Assembly (NCBI RefSeq): GCF_009914755.1
Contig: NC_060931.1
Reading direction: 5' to 3' (one strand)
From: the human T2T-CHM13v2.0 reference genome, Homo sapiens
DNA length: 64,000 nt
Shown: piece by piece, positions 29,050 through 46,675 of the stretch
How the letters are laid out: each line of letters starts with the position of its first letter
Numbering within the stretch: position 1 is the first letter of the stretch
Position numbers and translations under genes: made by a program
The notes under the pieces: generated by a model
The model's database searches: none
What the model was told of the DNA's origin: nothing
Seen by the model: only the letters and a program-made list of their open reading frames with translations

Positions 29050-29585
29050 TGTTTTGGAATAATTTTAGATTTACTAAAAAGTTCCAAAAATAGTACAAGG
29101 AGTATACTCTTCATCCAGTTTTCAGCAGTGTTAACATCTTGTCTAAACACAGTACATAGGATACAACTAAGACTGACATTGGTCACTACTATTAACTAAA
29201 CTTTCAAGCTTATTCAGATTTCAACAGCTTTCCCTAATGTCCTATTTTTCCACTACACAACAGAAATCAGGTTACCATACTGCAGTTAGTTGTCATGTCT
29301 TCTTCATCTCCTCTGGCCATAACAATTTCTCAGTCTTTCTCTGTTGGCCTTAAAAATGTTGGTCAGGCATTTGATGGAATATTCTTCAACTTGGAGTTCT
29401 TTGACTACTTTAAAGGTTAAAGTGGAATTGTGGATTTTAGAGAAGAACTCCACAAGTGCCCTTCTCAACTTATATCCATGTAGGAGGGCATTACTAGTAT
29501 GATATAACGATGTTATTAATGTTTTTCACTTGATTAATGTGGTATCTGCCAGGATTCTCCACTATAAAGATTTTTTCCTTTTCAG
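29050..29585 (-). mobile_element. L1MC-type 3' fragment
   Basis: ttttggaataattttagatttac.aaaaagtt.caaaaatagtaca..actgcagttagttgtcatgtct..gtatctgccaggattctccactataaag. Confidence 0.7.
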
Positions 29586-30174
29586 AATACATTTTTACAC
29601 ATACACACACATATATTTTCCTTTAGATCATGCCAAAGATACCAGTTCATGAAAGCAGGCTGTACTGAGACACCAGAGTACCTGGAAAGATATCTCTTGG
29701 GGTACTATCATGGTTTTTCCTGCAACCCAATGAGTCACATCTTTTTATGCTGCTGAGTAATTAGTCCAATCAGACAGTTAGCCTTAAATTGTATTTTCAA
29801 TGGAGGAGAATGTTCATATTTAGTATGAAAATAAAACAAATCCACCAGTCCATTGCAGAAAAGTAATGTACACCTAAATCCAATACTGATAATTAGAAGA
29901 TAAAACAAAATATTCTAAGCTCATAGAATTTGCTGCTGTATAAAGATAATGTATCTATCTGAGAAATGCCATGTAGACATTAAATAGAAAGACTGTTCTT
30001 AACAGAGTCCTAATGGTCAAGAGTTAATAACTTCAATTTGGACATACTCAAATTATACAGAAATGTCTTAAAATATGTAAATCACAATTCAGTACTTGCC
30101 CAGCCTATTAAGAAAATAAAAAAGAATAATATGTAATAAACCTATGGCCTTCAGTATTATTTAATTCAGTCATT

Positions 30175-30235
30175 TATGTGTGTGTGTACCTGTATGTATA
30201 TATATATATACACACACACATATATATATAATATA
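30175..30235. repeat. Compound (TG)/(TA)/(CA) microsatellite
   Basis: tatgtgtgtgtgtacctgtatgtatatatatatatacacacacacatatatatata. Confidence 0.85.
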
Positions 30236-31371
30236 AGCATTTGCCCTCATTCATATAACCTACTCACCATCCTTCATTATTTGATTTAAAAACTGCTTAA
30301 GAAATTACATGGCATAATATAAGCTGGCTAAAATGTACTGAGGTTTTAGCAAATAAAACTAGTATTGGTTTAAATCTCTAAAGCATTCAGATTGAAATTA
30401 ATGGAAACTTTTCTGCTCAGATTTTGTCTAATATATAGTCTATGTTTAAAATTGAAGTAACTGATTCTGTTGCCATATAATACTAGTAAATATCCTAAAG
30501 AGACCTATCCTGTTATTCTTAGGGCCTCATAATCTTAATTTATTTCTGCTTTATTGTAAAGAACATGCATCTTATATGTTTAGATGTTTAGAGAGACAGC
30601 TTTTAATGTTTTCCACCAAATCCCAGGGTTTAGATCTCAAGTGTGTATCACAGCATCCGAAAATATATGTGTCCTTTGAAGACTCAGACATATCAGATGG
30701 CATCCTGATAATGTAGTATTCATGACTCAGTTACAGATAAACAATGTGGCAACATGAAAGCAAAGCCTTAAAAAGTCCCAGGTATGAGAGAATCCTTTTG
30801 TGGAAGAGTAAATGTTAAGGGTGATTGGGTTTCAATTAGATGGATACATGAACTAAAAAGGTAATTTAGGGGAATTTAAAAAAAGTAATCTCATGTTCTA
30901 GATAGTAAACTCCTTTAGGATCAGGACAGACCTAATTCAAATTCTATGAATTTCTAACATATAGTTCTTTAATATATTAAATACTATTTTGCATTTTATT
31001 TACATTACAATTAACATTTTATAGTAAGAGGCCTATTATAAAATATACTTTGATTATAAATTCATATTTATAATTTAATAAGTAGAAATAAAAAATATAT
31101 AATAATTTGATATGATTTATTAGATGGAGAAGAGGCATATAAAGATTTGATACAGTTTATGTGTATTATCAGGAGAAATTTTAAAAAGGCTTCATGATCT
31201 CATATGGAGACAGGAGTATGGGTGGAGGGAAATCTTGTATTATTTTCCCTTCTAATGTTGCTTTTCTCTTGCTATAACATCAAATAAAATACAGTGTTGA
31301 CCTTCCAAGTTAAATGTAAAGTCAGGTGGAAGCTCACAGATACTCCACTTCCTCAGATTTAATATAATCAC

Positions 31372-32613
31372 TCTGCCCACTTTTTAATGGGGTTGTTTTT
31401 CTCATGTAAATCTGTTTAAATTCCTTATAGATGCTGAATATTAGACCTTTATCAGATGCACAGATTGCAAAAATTTTCTCCCATTCTGTAGGTTGTCTGT
31501 TTACTGTTTATAGTTTCTATTGCTGTGCAGAAGCTCTTTAGTTTAATTACATACCATTTGTCAATTTTTGCTTTTGTTCCAATTGCTTTTGGTGTCTTCA
31601 TCATGAAATCTTTGCCCGTGCCTATTTCCTGAATGGCATTGCCTAGGTTTTCTTCTAGAGTTTTGAGAGTTTTGGGTGTTACATTTAAGTCTTTCATCTA
31701 TCTCGAGTTGACTTTTGTATATGGTGTAAGGAAGTGGTCCAGTTTCTGTTTTCTGTATATGACTAGCCAGTTCTCCCAGCACCATTTACTAAACAGGGAA
31801 TCTTTCCCCCATTGCTTGTTTTTGTCAGGTTTGTCAAAAATCAGATGGTTATAGGTGTGTGGTCTTATTTCTGGGTTCTCTGTTCTGCTCCATTGGTCTA
31901 TCTGTCTTTTCTTGTACTGCAGCCCTGTGGTATAGTTTGAAGTCGGGTAGCGTGATACCTCCAAGCTCTGTTGTTTTTGCTTAGGATTGCCTTGGTTATT
32001 TGGGCTGTTTTTTTGGTTCCATATTAATTTTAAATTAGTTTTTTTCTACTTCTGTGAAGAATGTGTTGGTAGTTTTATTATTCAATTATTCAATGGGAAC
32101 AGCATTGAATCTATTAATTACTTTGGGCAGTATAGCCATTTTCATGATATTGATTCTTCCTGTCCATGAGCATGGAATGTTTTTCCATTTGTTTGGGTCA
32201 TCTCTGATTTCTTAGAGCCGTGGTTTGTAGTTCTCCTTGAAGAAGTCCTTCACTTTCCTCATTAGCTGTATTCCTAGGTATTTTATTCTTTTTGTGGCAA
32301 TTATGAGTGGGGAGTTCATTCATGGTTTGCTCTCAGCTTGCCTGTTGTTGGTGTATAGGAATGCTACTGATTTTTGCACATTGATTTTGTATCCTGAGAC
32401 TTTGCCGAAGCTGCTTATCAGCTTAAGAAGCTTTTAGGCTGAGACAATGGGGTTTTCTAGATATAGGATCAGGTCATCTGCAAACAAAGATAGTTGGACT
32501 TCCTCTCTTCCTAGTTGAATAGCCTTTATTTCTTTCTCTTGCCCGACAGGCCTGCCTACAACTTCCAATACTATGTTGAATAGGAGCGCTGAGAGAGGGC
32601 ATCCTTGTCTTGT
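31372..32613 (-). mobile_element. Internal L1PA (older subfamily) ORF2 fragment with no 3' UTR or poly-A
   Basis: Minus-strand peptides [51 protein letters not shown] and [15 protein letters not shown]; ends at aaccccattaaaaagtgggcagag. Confidence 0.93.
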
Positions 32614-32635
32614 TATAAAATAACTCTTATCTTTC

Positions 32636-37112
<4,477 letters not shown>

Positions 37113-37133
37113 ATAAAATAACTCTTATCTTTC

Positions 37134-37383
37134 AAGCCTCTGCAAGTAAGTTAGATGCTTCTTCACAATGTACTATTCTTTGTCCAATGTAGTATATAAA
37201 GCAACAGGCTTTAAGTACTTCTCTGGGTCTTCACTTCTTTATGTGGGCTCCCATGCCATGTAAAATTTGTATGAAATAAAATTTTATGCTTTGTTCTTGT
37301 TAATCTATCTCAGGTCAATTTAATTCTCAAGGCCCAGTCAGGACCCTACGAGGATGGAGATAGGAGTTGTGCCCACTCCTACA
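37134..37383 (+). mobile_element. ERV1-type LTR 3' portion (MER34/MER39-like)
   Basis: tatataa box, gggtcttcac, aataaa, ..tgttaatctatct..gaccct.. ending ctcctaca. Confidence 0.6.
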
Positions 37384-37631
37384 AAGTGCTATACACACTC
37401 TGTGTGCACTACAGTACTTCCTGAAACACTCTTCTCCCCTTTGCTGTCTGATATAGTCTGGATGTTTGTCCCCTCCAAATCTCATGTTGAAATGTGATCC
37501 CCAATTTCTGCAGTGGAGCCTGGTGGGAGGTGTTTGGGACATGGGGGTGGATCCCTCATGAATAGCTTAGTGCCACCTTTGTGCTAATGAGTAAGTTCTC
37601 ACTCTATTAGTTCACAAGAGAACTGGTTCTT

Positions 37632-38395
37632 TTTTTTTTTTTTTTTTCTGAGGTGGAGTCTTGCTCTGTTGCCCAGGCTGGAGGGCAGTGGTGCGATCTC
37701 AGCTCACTGCAACCTCCGCTATAGGATATCGGTCAGGGTGGTGGGAGATTATAAAGTTATAGGAAACAGACACAAACCTTCTTGGAAGGCCAGTGGGTTT
37801 GCATAGCTTCAGTGAAGGATTTGGCTGAAGGCAACTGAATTCTCTTAAAAGCTTAGGGCAAAGATACATAGGAATGTAAAGGAGTTTATCTAAATAGCTT
37901 TTTTACTCATGTGGTCCTAAGACCAACCTTTGATCATCTGTGGGCTCATGACTGCTCTCTACTCAGGAGATCAACAATGTAAATTACCCTCTAGTGGTGT
38001 TTACTTGAGAACTTTGTCATTTAATTTGTACTAAATAAACGCAAACTTTGCCATTTTATGGAGGCGAAAGCTGCAGACTCAGGCGTCAGAGCCCCTTAGT
38101 CCCACTGACAGGCAAAATACCTGTGTCAGTGTATGTCTTTCATCTGTTGCTGGGTCAGGGTCTGCGGGTTGGACCCGGCACTCTGCCTCCTGGGTTCAAG
38201 TGATTCTCCCTCCTCAGCCTCCCAAGTAGCTGGGACTACAGGTGTGTGCCATCACCCCAGCTAATTTTTTTATTTTTAGTAGAGATGGGGTTTCACCATG
38301 TTAGCCAGGATGGTCTCGATCTCCTGACCTCGTGATCTGCCCACCACAACCTCCCAAAGTGCTGGGATTATAGGTGTGAGCCACCATGCTGGGCC
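37632..38395 (-). mobile_element. AluSc/Sc8-like, split by an LTR
   Basis: Halves at 37632-37719 and 38181-38395; TSD aagagaactggttctt at 37616-37631 and 38396-38411. Confidence 0.95.
37720..38180 (+). mobile_element. LTR22-family solo LTR (HERV-K HML-5)
   Basis: t(a)taggatatcggtcagggtggtggga..caaaccttcttggaaggcc..aataaa..gtcagggtctgcgggttggacccggca matches recalled LTR22 ends; 461 bp; 6-bp TSD ctccgc/ctctgc. Confidence 0.82.
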
Positions 38396-39004
38396 AAGAG
38401 AACTGGTTCTTACGAAGAGCCTGTCATCTTTCTCGCTCCCTTCTTGCCATGTGACAGGCCTGCTGCCCCTTCACCTTTTGCCATGAGTAAAAGCTTCCTG
38501 AGGGGTCATGAGAAGCCAAATAGATTCTGATGCCATGCTCGTACAGCCAGCATAGGCATACACCAAATACAACTCTTACCTTTATAAATTACCCAGCCTC
38601 AGGTATTCCTTTATAGCAATGCAAAATGGACTAATGCACTGTCTACCTCCTATTTGCTTACTATGTCTCAGCCTTCTCTAAAAAGCCTTCTCCTAACTGT
38701 GTTATGTTCCACTCTCCTGTGTGTTCTTGTGGTGCATAAAACGTACCAAACTTTCAAGGAATACTTCTTTTATGCAAAATACTGCTGTCAAGTTATGAAC
38801 AAGCAAACCTGAGCTCAGCTTCATGGGCTGTACAGTCAAGCTGGCAAGAATGACTTTAGGCAAACAATTAGAAACAATTAGTAAAATGATCAAAATTGTT
38901 CAGAATACCCTAAAGAAAAAATAAAGGAGGGTATGGAAATGTAGAGTAACTAAACCTAACCTAGAGTGATAGTTAAGGACAGCCAGTCAAACTCTGCCAT
39001 GCCC

Positions 39005-39310
39005 ACTATTCTAAGTGAAGTAACTCAGAAATGGAAAACCAAATACTGCATTTTCTCACTTATAAGTGGGAGCTAACCTAAGAGTGTGCAAAGGCATAGT
39101 GATACAATGGACACAGAAGACTCAGAAGAGGAGAGGGTGGGAGGGGGTTGAGGGATGAAAAACTACCTATTGGGTACAATGTACACTACACTGGGGTAAC
39201 AGGTGCACTCAACTCTCGGACTTCAATAATGTACAATTCATCCATGTAACCAAAAACCACATGTACCCCAAAACCCATTGAAATAAAAAATATATAAAAA
39301 TAAATAAATG
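39005..39310 (+). mobile_element. L1PB-type 3' end
   Basis: attctaagtgaagtaactcag.aatggaaaaccaaata..aaaaactacctattgggtacaatgtacacta..catgtaaccaaaaaccac.tgtacccc. Confidence 0.88.
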
Positions 39311-39520
39311 TATCAGACCTGAAAAAAAAAAAAAAAGAAAAAGAAGCCCTCTAGCATGCATGGTCTAGACAAAGAAAAGGAAAAATAAGATTCCAAGCAG
39401 AGGGGGCAACATATATAAAAACACATTAAAGTAGGAGGGAGGAGAAAATGCGGCATAGTTTAAGAACAAGGAGAAACACTGGTGTAGGATGGGGCTGGAG
39501 AATGCATTGGGTCCAAAGCA

Positions 39521-39860
39521 TGTTGGGGCCTGAGGCAGCACAGGCAGTGTACCACTGCATTGCTCTTCAAAAAAGAACTCACTGTTAGGCTGTGTGGAGG
39601 CCAGTCATCCGTCATCAGCCCCCGCTGCAACCCCTTCAGGAGGCAGCACATCACAGCCACCAAGTCTGTACTCTTCCTTGGCAACCTCTAAGCCAAGTCC
39701 ACCCTCCTCATGAGCACCCTCTAGTCTGTGACTAAGCACAGTTGGAGTACAAGGTTGTTGCTATTTCTGCCCAGTGCAGGGGCCCTCTAACAGCTACTCT
39801 TGCTTCCAGAGTCCCCACCAGATTGGCCAAGACTGTCAGATTTGTTTGCAGATCATACCC
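39521..39860 (+). mobile_element. LTR16-like ERVL LTR fragment
   Basis: tgactaagcacag..atttctgcccagtgcagg..cctctaac..ttggccaagactgtcagatttg. Confidence 0.65.
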
Positions 39861-41204
39861 TCCTCTCTCAGTTTGGGGCTCTCTCTAGATCTGGGCCTTG
39901 TTGAGTTTAAGATATGATGATTTGTTTCAAGCCTCAACGACAGAATACTGTATTACTGATACTATCGATTAGACACAACTCATTAGACTCACATAATTGC
40001 GTCTTAGCTTTTAATCATGTCAGTGGAGGTGATGGGAAAAACAAAAGACAGCTGTGAATATTTACACTGTTTTTCCAAAGAAACACCAAATCACTGATAT
40101 CTGGATGAAATAAGTAACTCTCAATTTGCTGTTTCCTGCTTTCATTAAACAAATACTTAATTATATCAATTTACTGCTGGAAATATCACAATACATTTGA
40201 TATAGATCAGCAAAGCTACATCAGAGATGAGAAATGTTCACTCAATTATTTTTGTTTGAGTTCGCAGATTGAGCTACTTGCCAATTGTGATAGTTAGCAA
40301 GGTTTTATTTCAAAGGGAGAAAAGAATTTACTACTAACTGCAACTTAGTAAATATATGCTACAGTGTATCTTTAACAAACTTTTGCTAGAGAGTAAATTT
40401 TTGTTAGAGCTGCCACTCTGATATCTATCCCATCCTGCCAAATATGTTTTAGCCACGTAGTTTGAATATATAAGCCACGTGGATTGATCCCACACCTGGC
40501 TCCAGCCCAAGACAATCAGGATTCTCTCGTTCTCCTTTGCCAAAAGCAAGAGTGGTTTAATGGAGAGATCTTAAGGGTTAAGTCCAATGATGGTGGGAAG
40601 TGATGTATCTCACCAGCTCTATGTCTTAATCCCCCTACATGTGAAGGGTAAAATGTTACTGCAGGTGGCAGTTGGAGACAATCAAGGAAGCTAGTGTGAA
40701 GACAAAACCTACAAAGTGAAGCCAAGATAAATAAAAGAAAAAGGGCATGAGTTCTGATTAAGCTCTGTCTCAAGACTGCCCTACATCACTTGGTTATTGA
40801 GAGCAGGTTGACATGTGTTTTCTGTTACTTGTACTATCAAAATCGTTCTAATATACAAGGGTGTTTTCCTACTTTTCTTGGTTTAAAATTACACAACTGA
40901 TCATTCATCTCAGCTTAAAACTTATTGCCCCTGCTAGTGGGGGAAAAAAAGGTCAATTGTCATTCATTGCTTCAGGTTTAATTTTGTAGCTGTTCATTAA
41001 ACACAGTCTTAAGAAACTTTGCATACCATTTCAACAGGTATCAAACAATAAAGTATAAACTGGTGTACTAATTAATGCAATTAAACATTTGGATGCTAGG
41101 TGAAAATCAGTACTGAATACCTTAAAGAGCACAGAATGCAAAGCAGTAGACTCTTCTCTGGCTTAAAAAAAGCTGATATTCGTTTAAATAAAAATTTGCA
41201 ATGA

Positions 41205-41431
41205 TAGCCCAGGGGCCAAATCAAGGCCATATTTGTTTTGCCTATATAATATGTAAATAGACACAGTCCAAAAATACATATAGCTCTTCATGGCAACAAT
41301 CAACTAGAGACGAATAGTAGCTAGTCGCTTTCAGGCAAGAATGAGTTCCCAGTTTTGATTACTTGACACACGGTCCAGTTCACCCATTTTATTACCATGC
41401 CACTGTAAGATGTTTACATTTGTGTTCCCTG
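41205..41431 (+). mobile_element. MER102-like hAT-Charlie fragment
   Basis: catggcaacaatcaactagag..cacggtccagttcacccattttattacc..ccctg. Confidence 0.55.
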
Positions 41432-41485
41432 GTTTAAGTGCACATGTTAATGTTTTGGCAGCTAAGTGCAGACTTATCTGCTCTA

Positions 41486-41719
<234 letters not shown>

Positions 41720-44484
41720 CTATGTATTAAAGTAAAAGAAAAGGTAAGAATAAGTAGTAAATTCACCTTTATGAACAAGATCAAGAGTTACAAAAGTAAA
41801 GATAAGGTATCAATAGACATATCCTATTATGCCTTTACTATTCCTGTATCATTAGAATCATTATCATTATCTTTTTTATTTCACATCATGGGACATTTCA
41901 GGAATGGTATTAGAGTGTTACAATAATGGACTGATTATGACAATCGTTTTATTTAAGAAAGTATAGATTATACTACATTAATGGGTCTTTAAAAAATACT
42001 TATGTGATGACATTCACGATTAACATAAGGACTTTGATACATGTATAATAAATTATATTCTCAACTACCTGAAATTGAAATGAAACTATTTTGATGAAAC
42101 TTTGAAGTTCTTTAAGCAGAAATGACAAGTTTACATGAATGAAAAAACTAATCTGAATATTGAAGTAATAATAAAAGTTTACATTTTAAGTAAAACCAAG
42201 ACAGCTGTCCTATAATATTATTTGATAAAAGCCTCTTTCTCCCTTGTGAGACACAGAACAAGGAGCTATGCCTGTGTAAATATGTCTCCTGGATTATCTT
42301 TTGGACATCATGAAATGAATTTATAAGTTCTTTGCCTTCTCTACAAGATAACTTACCCAGTGAAAAACACTGCAATATATTTATAAGTATGAAGCCACAA
42401 AAGTGCCAGTTTGTTGGCACTAGTGAACTTGGATGGCTAAAGAGACCGTATTTTTGAAATGACACCTTTTCCTCCAATGTCATACAGAGGCAAAGGTACA
42501 TAAAAGTGAGCACGATGGGACTTCAGACTTCTTAATTCAGGAATAAAACAATTCTTGGACTCTGACAAACAGCTGAGTAAGGGAAAGTTAAATATAATCT
42601 AGTATATAAAGTTGCCATTCAAAGAGTTTTCAAGGATACAAAACACCCATACTGCCTCTTAAATTATTCTAAGAACCATTCTCGGTAGATTTAAAGGTTC
42701 TTCTTTTACTTCAAGGTCTCTTTAATTGTGTCAAGCTCAACCTGTGCTTCATTCATTTATGACTGTCCTACAATATAGTGACCAATGAAAAAATTAACTT
42801 CTCATCATTCAGAAATACATTATGCTCTAAAAGATGTATATGTCATCTTTACAAGATCATCGACATATACTTTCTCGACCCTAAAAGAACATTGACATTT
42901 ACTATAATCACCAAGCAAGGACATAAAGAAGTGACCCTTCTCAGGTTAACACTCCTAAAAAGGAAGATAGAAGCATATGGCAGGGCATACAGGAATATTA
43001 GCATGGTTGAACAGAACAGACTGCCACCAAACCAAAAATCATTACACTGAAAGTTCCTCAAGGGCAGGTTCATTCATTATTGTTTCCAGTGCCAGGCACC
43101 AGTTTGTTGCATAGTAAATGTTCAATAAATGTTTAAATAATATTCTTGAGGAAGAAAATGGATTTTTACAAATACACTTATAAAAATGTACACTGGCTAG
43201 GGGGTACAATCGTGCAGTATCTTATTGCTAAATATACCATAAATGACAACGAAAGTTGTCTTCCTCTTTTAAATGTTAAAAATAGACATACTCACCAAAA
43301 AGGAAATAAAATTTAAATGGCAAATAGAAACTACAACATAATGGACGATTAATAGATCACTATCTACCTTCACAGAATCCATATAGAAAGCCATTGGGAA
43401 AAAGACAGTTAAACAAAACCCAGGAAGTAATCTATCTAGTACTATCGCAACATTTTGTAGATTAAGAAAATAAAAACAAGAGATAAAAATTGACTGGCTG
43501 ACAACTGGACAGCTAGGTAGTAATTAGCAGAAAAGCCATGAGTAGAAATCCTATTTCTTTACTCTCACAAAGTAAAACAAAAGTTCTGAGATAGCTGATT
43601 GAAAAATGTCAGATGACATCTCTAGAGTTAGTTTCACAAAAAGGATACTATAAAAAGAAAAGCTACTTGAAACATATGAGCAAGGCCGGAATATCTTACT
43701 TTACCTCATCATTTACAATAAACACATAGAAATGCTTGGCTCAGGACACGGAGAGAGATTATTAGCACTGAGAAAATCAGACTGAATCTAAACCAAGAAC
43801 GTCTATTAAACTCGTTGAAGGTGTTTAACTGCCAAACAGCAGCCATTCACAAGGTGAAATGGTTCTAATCTCATTACAGACTGAGAATGAACTCACTAGA
43901 AGTGGAAATAGCTCTAATAACAGGGCAGCGTCCGACAGTTAGAAAGGAGACCCGAGAAACAAAATCTTAACCAAAGTGCAATAACAGGCCTGTGGCCAAC
44001 TAAGGATGTGTTCACTGTTTTCTGGGTCTTAGGGTAACATACTAAGATCTAAGAGAGGAGAAACAGAAAGGTAAAGATGAGAAACTACTAAGACCCTGCA
44101 AACAAGGAATAATGTAGAAATACTATAAGGTATCAAGCAATACTCACCTACTATATATTAATATTTATGATTATTTTTATATAGAATAAAGCCCAATTTC
44201 CTAGCATCAGAAGCACTGAGGTGCTGTGAAAAATTCCACTGATATGATATTTTCTTAAAAAAAAAGACAACCCTCATATTCACTAAGGACTGAGAAGATA
44301 TTAAAGCCATGAAATTTAGCAAAGTAAGAAAGTATATGACTTTCTAATAAGTTGTTTGTAATGTTAGTTTCCTAATAGAAAGGTACAAAACATAGACTTA
44401 TGATGCCAGTGAGTGGGAATTTTTGTTTCAACTACTTCTATCTTTGATTTTTTTTCTCAGTTACATAAAATATATTGTTTTTAG

Positions 44485-44835
<351 letters not shown>

Positions 44836-45628
44836 TAGTCTTAAAATATAATTTTTCACATATACATGGAAAGAGTATCAAAGACTCAGAGGGACAGAAA
44901 GATAAGAAAAGTTATCTATTGAGTCAATGATATTTTTCGTGGAACTCAAACAAACGATTATGATTTACATGAAAGAATAAGGGACCAAAAAAAAGCAAAC
45001 GCAATTTTGCAAAAGGACACGGTAGTTGAACTTGCCTTTCGGGATATTCAGATATACAAAGTAATTAACACAACAGGGTACTGGCAAAATGAAACAGTAG
45101 AATATCAGCACCACGGAAGCACAGGTATTTGCTTGTGTGATTCACAGCTGTCTTCTAGGAACTAGAACAGTGACTGGCACAAAGAAAGTGTTCTTTGTGC
45201 CATATGGTTGGTAAATAGATACCTGAACAGAATTGGGAAGACAGAAATATATACAGATGCATATTTGAAAACGTACTAGCAAAGTCTCCAAACATTTACA
45301 AAAAACAACAGAAAAGAAAATGATTGCAGTAGGTAGTATTTTAAACAAGGTGCGAAAATAAATATAAATCTGAAGAGAAAGAACTGATAAATTCAGCTAC
45401 TTTTAACTAAGACCCTTCTTTCATCAATAAACAATATGCATAAAGTAAAAAAAGAAAGCTTCAAAATGAAAGAAGGTATTTTCCACGAATATAACTAAAA
45501 ACAAAAGGTTACTATCCAGAATACATAAAGAATTTGTAAAAATCTATAAAGAATGAATAACTGGATGGAAAAACAGGCAAAATATTTTAATAGGCAAGTT
45601 AAAGAACAGCAAACCTGAAAAAGCCAAT

Positions 45629-45982
45629 TGTATTAATCTATTTTCATGCTGCTGATAAAGCCATACCCAAGACTGGGCAATTTACAAAAGAAATAGGTTT
45701 AATGGGAGTTACAGTTCCACGTGGCTGGGGAGGCTTCATAATCATGGCAGAAGGAAAGGAGGACCAAGCCACATCCTACGTGGATGGCAGCAGGCAAAGA
45801 GAGCTTGTTCAGGAAAACTCCCCTTTTTAAAACCATCAGATTTCATGAGACTTATTCACTATCACGAGAACAGCACAAGAAAGACCTGCCCCCCATGATT
45901 TAATTACCTCCCACCAGGTCCCTCCCACAACCCGTGAGAATTCCAAATGAGATTTTGGTGGGGACACAGTCAAACCATATCA
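45629..45982 (-). mobile_element. THE1A/B solo LTR
   Basis: tgtatta..gctgctgataaag.catacccaagactggg..gggacacagtcaaaccatatca; TSD ccaat at 45624-45628 and 45983-45987. Confidence 0.95.
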
Positions 45983-46009
45983 CCAATACACATGAAAAAG
46001 CAAATAGAC

Positions 46010-46170
46010 CTGTAGGATTGCTTGAGCGCAGAAAATGGAGACAAGCCTCGGTAACACAGCAAAAGCCCATCACTACAAAAAAATTAGCCAAACATGGTGG
46101 TGCACACTTTGGAAGGCTGAGGTGGGAGAACTGCTTGGGCCCAGGAGGTCGAGGCTGCAGTGAGCCATGA
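46010..46170 (+). mobile_element. Doubly truncated AluJ fragment with no A tail
   Basis: aggattgcttgagc..ctacaaaaaaattagcc..ggcccaggaggtcgaggctgcagtgagccatga. Confidence 0.85.
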
Positions 46171-46675
46171 AAGCAAATACACAAAATATTTTAATAGGCA
46201 AGTTAAAGACTAGCAAAACAGAAAAAGCCAATACACATGAAAGGATGTTGATTTTCACCAGTAATCAGATAAGCCCAAATAAAAATCACTGATATACACT
46301 TGTCGTACCTTACATTAACAAAAAAACTTGTGGCGTATTTAAACACTGGGTTATTCTATGACAAAAATGAATGAACAACAACAAAAATAATAGAAGAATA
46401 AATGTATGATACATTCATGAGTTACAGAATCACACAGGCAGTATAACTGCATATATACACACAATGTAAAAACATGCTTATTACCTTTACATAGGATTTA
46501 GTGTTGCTTTTGTTAAAGTATTAACAAATGTAAGAGAATAAAAATTTTTAGATTTAACCATAAGAAAGGGCCACAGAAGTCTTGAACTGTATAGGTAGCA
46601 TTTATTAAGTTGGGTTGTGGTTACAAAAGTATTTGGTTTATTATTTTTTATACTTGTACATATCTTAAACATTTC

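Larger units (their letters stand above)
37449..38638 (+). mobile_element. MSTB-like MaLR solo LTR, split by an Alu
   Basis: tgatatagtctggatgtttgtcccctccaaatctcatgttgaaa..tatagcaatgcaaaatggactaatgca; 5-bp TSD ctgtc at 37444-37448 and 38639-38643. Confidence 0.92.
44930..46330 (+). mobile_element. Ancient L1 (L1M) ORF2 3' fragments, interrupted by THE1 and Alu
   Basis: tatccagaatacataaagaa.. and gccaatacacatgaaaggatgtt..caccagtaatcaga resemble the L1 ORF2 C-terminal region. Confidence 0.6.

Noticed and set aside
43288-44152. Strong isolated minus-strand donors (gtgagt at ~43290 and ~44143)
   Set aside because: No convincing acceptor at exon distance.
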